Shown: in pieces, positions 63,596 to 64,000 of the stretch
How the letters are laid out: the number at the start of each line of letters is the position of its first letter
Numbering within the stretch: the first letter of the stretch is position 1
Virus record (IMG/VR): IMGVR_UViG_3300034520_000378
Reading direction: 5' to 3' (one strand)
Length of the DNA: 64,000 bases
From: a virus
Notes under the pieces: generated by a model
The model's database searches: none
What the model was told of the DNA's origin: nothing
Seen by the model: only the letters and a program-made list of their open reading frames with translations
Program-made: the position numbers and the translations under genes

Positions 63596-64000
63596 CTATC
63601 GCGAATATTTGTCCTTAAGCTCAGAGATACTGAACTTGAGAAGCTGGGTGGGATTGAGAAATGTCGTGCTGTTGGTAACCGGAAACATCGGCTCCAACAT
63701 ATAGTCGTTGTACTCGAGCAGGATTATGTCGCGAGCCATGTAGCTCCACACATTCTCCGTGATTATATCGTCTATGGACATTACCTTGCCTTCTTCGTAC
63801 ACCGTAGCGCCGTATATGACCAGCCTAGAGGCGCGCCCGTATTCCGAAGCCATGGTGATTATGATATCGAAAGGCGGCAGCTCGTCCGTCTTAAGCCTCC
63901 CCATCTTGTTCAGGTACTCCACCTGTGCCCTGAGATTGTTCAGCTCGTGCTGCTCAAGGACGGTGAAGATGATTGTGCCTGCCACGCGCCTTTGTCCGCG
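63596..64000 (-). CDS. Tail-tube-like virion protein (partial, runs off the window)
   Basis: 'RRVAGTIIFTV...DELPPFDIIITMASEYG...IYG....G.VMSIDDIITE..WSYMARD', the same fold pattern as the downstream gene. Confidence 0.7.
   Translation of the reverse strand, partial: RGQRRVAGTIIFTVLEQHELNNLRAQVEYLNKMGRLKTDELPPFDIIITMASEYGRASRLVIYGATVYEEGKVMSIDDIITENVWSYMARDIILLEYNDYMLEPMFPVTNSTTFLNPTQLLKFSISELKDKYSR

Noticed and set aside
39812-64000. Stand-alone eCIS or tailocin
   Set aside because: The module is linked to primase, helicase, RuvC, RecJ, sigma and recombinase genes. Missing head and sheath genes are more simply explained by the window edge, though this cannot be fully excluded.

Overview
The window is a 64 kb slice of a large, roughly 53% GC (estimated by eye) temperate myovirus-like phage, prophage or phage-plasmid, most likely from a Bacillota host (GGAGG RBSs, a canonical sigmaA promoter, peptidoglycan-binding, 3D and M23 domains). 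Only the tyrosine recombinase (1-963) is on the + strand. In transcription order the - strand carries: tube-like proteins (one with 5 inserted PG-binding domains); two paralogous chaperone-like ORFs; two ~2,080-aa giant proteins (one with a LAGLIDADG intein and a degenerate SNase fold, the other with a possible embedded sigma-like segment); baseplate hub/lysin, spike, gp25-like and baseplate J genes; a mosaic receptor-binding/tail-fibre cassette with a 5 x 114 bp beta-propeller repeat; three glycine-zipper paralogs; a 2,035-aa vWA/FN3/Ig protein; a family of paralogous baseplate/fibre proteins; and a holin with a terminator. A sigmaA-driven operon follows, with primase, DnaB-like helicase, Cas4-like nuclease, RuvC, a phage sigma factor and RecJ. 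A 9-bp motif, GGTARTATA, recurs at or just downstream of a hairpin in three intergenic gaps and is a candidate phage late promoter. No capsid, terminase, sheath, rRNA, tRNA, CRISPR array or reverse transcriptase is visible. All annotations come from recognising motifs by eye, not from database searches.
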